DNA from: an uncultured Eubacteriales bacterium
GTDB taxonomy: Bacteria; Acidobacteriota; Aminicenantia; Aminicenantales; Aminicenantaceae
Direction of reading: 5' to 3'
Assembly: GCA_964538085.1 (NCBI GenBank)
Contig: CAZIDF010000001.1
Span: 96,826 to 160,825, forward strand
Length of the DNA stretch: 64,000 nucleotides
The notes beneath the pieces were generated by a model that worked only from the letters and a program-made list of their open reading frames with translations, did not search any database and was not told the DNA's origin. This document shows, in pieces, positions 62,083-64,000 of the stretch. The translations under genes were made by a program, and so were the position numbers. Each line of letters starts with the position of its first letter. Positions within the stretch are counted from its first letter, which is position 1.

Positions 62083-63425
62083 TTTTTTATCCTCTCCCGC
62101 AGAAGGCTTTTGTATCCCTTGCCGTATATTTCCTTATCCTTCATAACACATCCGGTAATTCCCCCCATCCGCATCATTTCGCTGCAGCGGGAACAAGAGA
62201 TGCAGACTTTTTTGGGATTCAATTTCCCCTTTTCCATCAGATCCAGAGGTGCCTCGGGATAAGCGAAGGCCCCTCTTCCTATCCCGATGAAGCTGGCCAT
62301 CTCATTTTTTAGAACCGCTGCTCCCACATTCGGGAAAAATTGTCTCAACCAGGAATAGCCAGTACCTATAACCGGGATCTCTGGGAATTCTTTTTGTATC
62401 TCGTTCGTGATGGATAAGAGCCTAGAAACTCCTTCCAACGGATGTTCTGGAGGAATCTGAGCTCCAGGAAGAGGGAGGTCGAAGGGCCTGGTCATGTGGG
62501 GGGAAAAATAAGGAATTCCTGCCGTCATATTGAAAAGTGAGCATCCCTCATCTATCAAAGAAGAGATAACTTGTTTCGGCTCTGTTAGATCGATACTCGC
62601 CGCTTCATTCCTCGCGCTGCCAAAACCATAAGGGAAGGGAATCCCGTCATAGGCACTCAAACGCACGGCAATGCCGATTTGGGGAACCTCTTGGCGTATT
62701 TTTTTTACGACCTCTGTGATAAAACGAATTCTGTTGCTAAAAGATCCTCCATACTTGCTGTTTTGCCGTTCGTGTGCAGATAAAAGCTCATTAATGACAT
62801 AGCCGTGGCAGGCTTTTATGTCCACAGCGTCAAAACCGGCTCGATATGCAAGAGAAGCGGCTTGGATAAAATTTTCCTGCAAACTATCCAGTTCTTCGTC
62901 GCTGAGAATGCGGAGGTTTTCTCTTTTTTCATCGAGGAAGGGATTGGTTATGGCAACTTGGGGCTGTGGCTTTCCTCGAGGCTTGCTGTACCGGCCCGAA
63001 TGGGTCAATTGAAGCACACAATAGACGTCCCGATCGGCACCGAAGGACCGGATGGCCTCTTTGCGCGTTTCTGTAACCAGCTTTGTGAATCCATCCACAT
63101 TGGCTTTATGAAGCCACAATTGGCGGGGATTGGATCGGCCATCCGGAACCACGCTTGTCGCCTCGAACCAGATCAAAGCGCTTCCACCGCGGGCAAAACG
63201 CCCATAACGTCGAAAGGTCAATTCGCTGGGAGATCCATCCGCGTCAGCATCATATCCTTCCATAGGTTGCACAGCCAAACGGTTGGCTATCTTTTTCGGA
63301 CCCAAAAAAATCTCTTCGAACAAAGGGCTCAAATCTGTTTGAAAAGGGAGTTCGATCCCCAAATCAGAGGCCTTTTTGAGCAATTTTTCACTCGATCGAA
63401 AGGCAAACATCTCATGTTGGGACAT
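62079..63425 (-). CDS. Old Yellow Enzyme-like NADH:flavin oxidoreductase with C-terminal Cys cluster
   Basis: OYE TIM-barrel blocks (QLTHSGR, DAVDIKACHGYVINELLS). C-terminal CISCSRC...GC motif. The stop overlaps the downstream flavoprotein start. Confidence 0.7.
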   Translation of the reverse strand: MSQHEMFAFRSSEKLLKKASDLGIELPFQTDLSPLFEEIFLGPKKIANRLAVQPMEGYDADADGSPSELTFRRYGRFARGGSALIWFEATSVVPDGRSNPRQLWLHKANVDGFTKLVTETRKEAIRSFGADRDVYCVLQLTHSGRYSKPRGKPQPQVAITNPFLDEKRENLRILSDEELDSLQENFIQAASLAYRAGFDAVDIKACHGYVINELLSAHERQNSKYGGSFSNRIRFITEVVKKIRQEVPQIGIAVRLSAYDGIPFPYGFGSARNEAASIDLTEPKQVISSLIDEGCSLFNMTAGIPYFSPHMTRPFDLPLPGAQIPPEHPLEGVSRLLSITNEIQKEFPEIPVIGTGYSWLRQFFPNVGAAVLKNEMASFIGIGRGAFAYPEAPLDLMEKGKLNPKKVCISCSRCSEMMRMGGITGCVMKDKEIYGKGYKSLLRERIKK

Positions 63426-63522
63426 GGTTACTATAGTGTATCTAAATTAAGTTGGCTTGACCAGAGTTGTTTGCTGTGGTAATAGCTAGACAAGTATCCC
63501 ATTTCATCTAAAGTATCGGCCG

Positions 63523-64000
63523 ATGAAACGCATTTTTAGACGCTTCAAACAAAAAAACATCTCAGATAAAAAAGAAATCCTCGGACAGGACGATAAATAC
63601 ATCCCCGATGAGCTGACCCTCAAAAAAATGGGGGAAAAACAGGTCTCCCCTCTGAACGATCCCGTATGGAAAGCTTCTTTGCTGGTGGTATCAGGCAGTT
63701 TTTTGCTCGGTCTTTTGCGGATCGTGTTCGGCCTTTCCTATCCGATCGCCACCTGGTTTCTAGCCCTCATCGCCCTGGTAATTTGGGGATATGCGGTCAA
63801 ACTGCTCCTCATGGATGCCAAACTGAAAAAGTTATGGATAGGCTGGCTTATTGTTAGCGTTGTTTTGCTCCTCTTCATTCCCAGGGAAGAAAACCTCTGG
63901 ATGGCAGCCGTGGGAGGCTCCTTCATCTTCCTGTTGTTCCGAAAGTATAAACCCTTCAGGCATCTTACTTCCCGCCGACGGGCAGCTTTGTTTCTTCTGG
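63523..64000 (+). CDS. membrane protein (3'-truncated at window edge)
   Basis: ATG at 63523 opens a frame that runs to the window end without a stop, at least 159 codons. Several hydrophobic TM-like stretches (LLVVSGSFLLGLLRIVFGL, WFLALIALVIWGYAV, WLIVSVVLLLFI). Not in the supplied ORF track because it has no stop inside the window. Confidence 0.4.
   Translation, partial: MKRIFRRFKQKNISDKKEILGQDDKYIPDELTLKKMGEKQVSPLNDPVWKASLLVVSGSFLLGLLRIVFGLSYPIATWFLALIALVIWGYAVKLLLMDAKLKKLWIGWLIVSVVLLLFIPREENLWMAAVGGSFIFLLFRKYKPFRHLTSRRRAALFLL

Noticed and set aside
1-64000. Search for CRISPR arrays, rRNA and tRNA genes
   Set aside because: No regularly spaced direct repeats. No intergenic region is long or structured enough for a tRNA or rRNA; all gaps over 150 bp were inspected.

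Overview
The window is 64 kb of bacterial chromosome, about 48% GC, gene-dense on both strands, with no rRNA, tRNA or CRISPR array detected. Two paralogous TIGR03436-type 'VWFA-related acidobacterial domain' proteins and many secreted glycan- and peptide-degrading enzymes suggest an Acidobacteria-like or related candidate-phylum organism.

Main blocks, left to right:
- A peptide, amino-acid and polysaccharide degradation block: 5'-truncated C69 dipeptidase, a group II PLP-dependent decarboxylase, a heparinase II/III-like lyase, an M14 carboxypeptidase and a 980-aa BNR/Asp-box protein.
- A two-gene arsenic module: a Cys-rich AbrB/SpoVT-type regulator translationally coupled to the arsenite methyltransferase arsM.
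- rpoD (sigma-70).
- A probable D-Glu / murein-peptide catabolic cluster: L-Ala-D/L-Glu epimerase coupled to an MpaA-like M14 peptidase, a GNAT, and a minus-strand operon of PLP enzyme, DUF1611 and a PP-loop ATPase.
- corA and two small membrane proteins.
- A large glycogen / alpha-glucan locus: MPGP-type HAD phosphatase, glgC, a GalT-like transferase, malQ, a GH57+DUF3536 protein, glgB and glgA. It also contains two paralogous GT78-like (mannosyl/glucosylglycerate synthase-like) glycosyltransferases and an uncharacterised 781-aa protein.
- A minus-strand sugar operon: GH38 alpha-mannosidase, Gfo/Idh/MocA, URO-D-like and ROK glucokinase.
- A KDPG-aldolase/KDG-kinase fusion with an SDR.
- A secreted pair that includes a transglutaminase-like protein.
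- An OYE-like/FAD_binding_2 oxidoreductase pair.

Most notable findings from direct reading: (i) two MITE-like elements in glg intergenic regions share about 21-25 bp terminal inverted repeats ending ...TCCGTGATAA, and each is flanked by a 9-bp direct repeat; (ii) the AbrB-fold protein with vicinal Cys pairs coupled to arsM is a candidate non-ArsR arsenite sensor.
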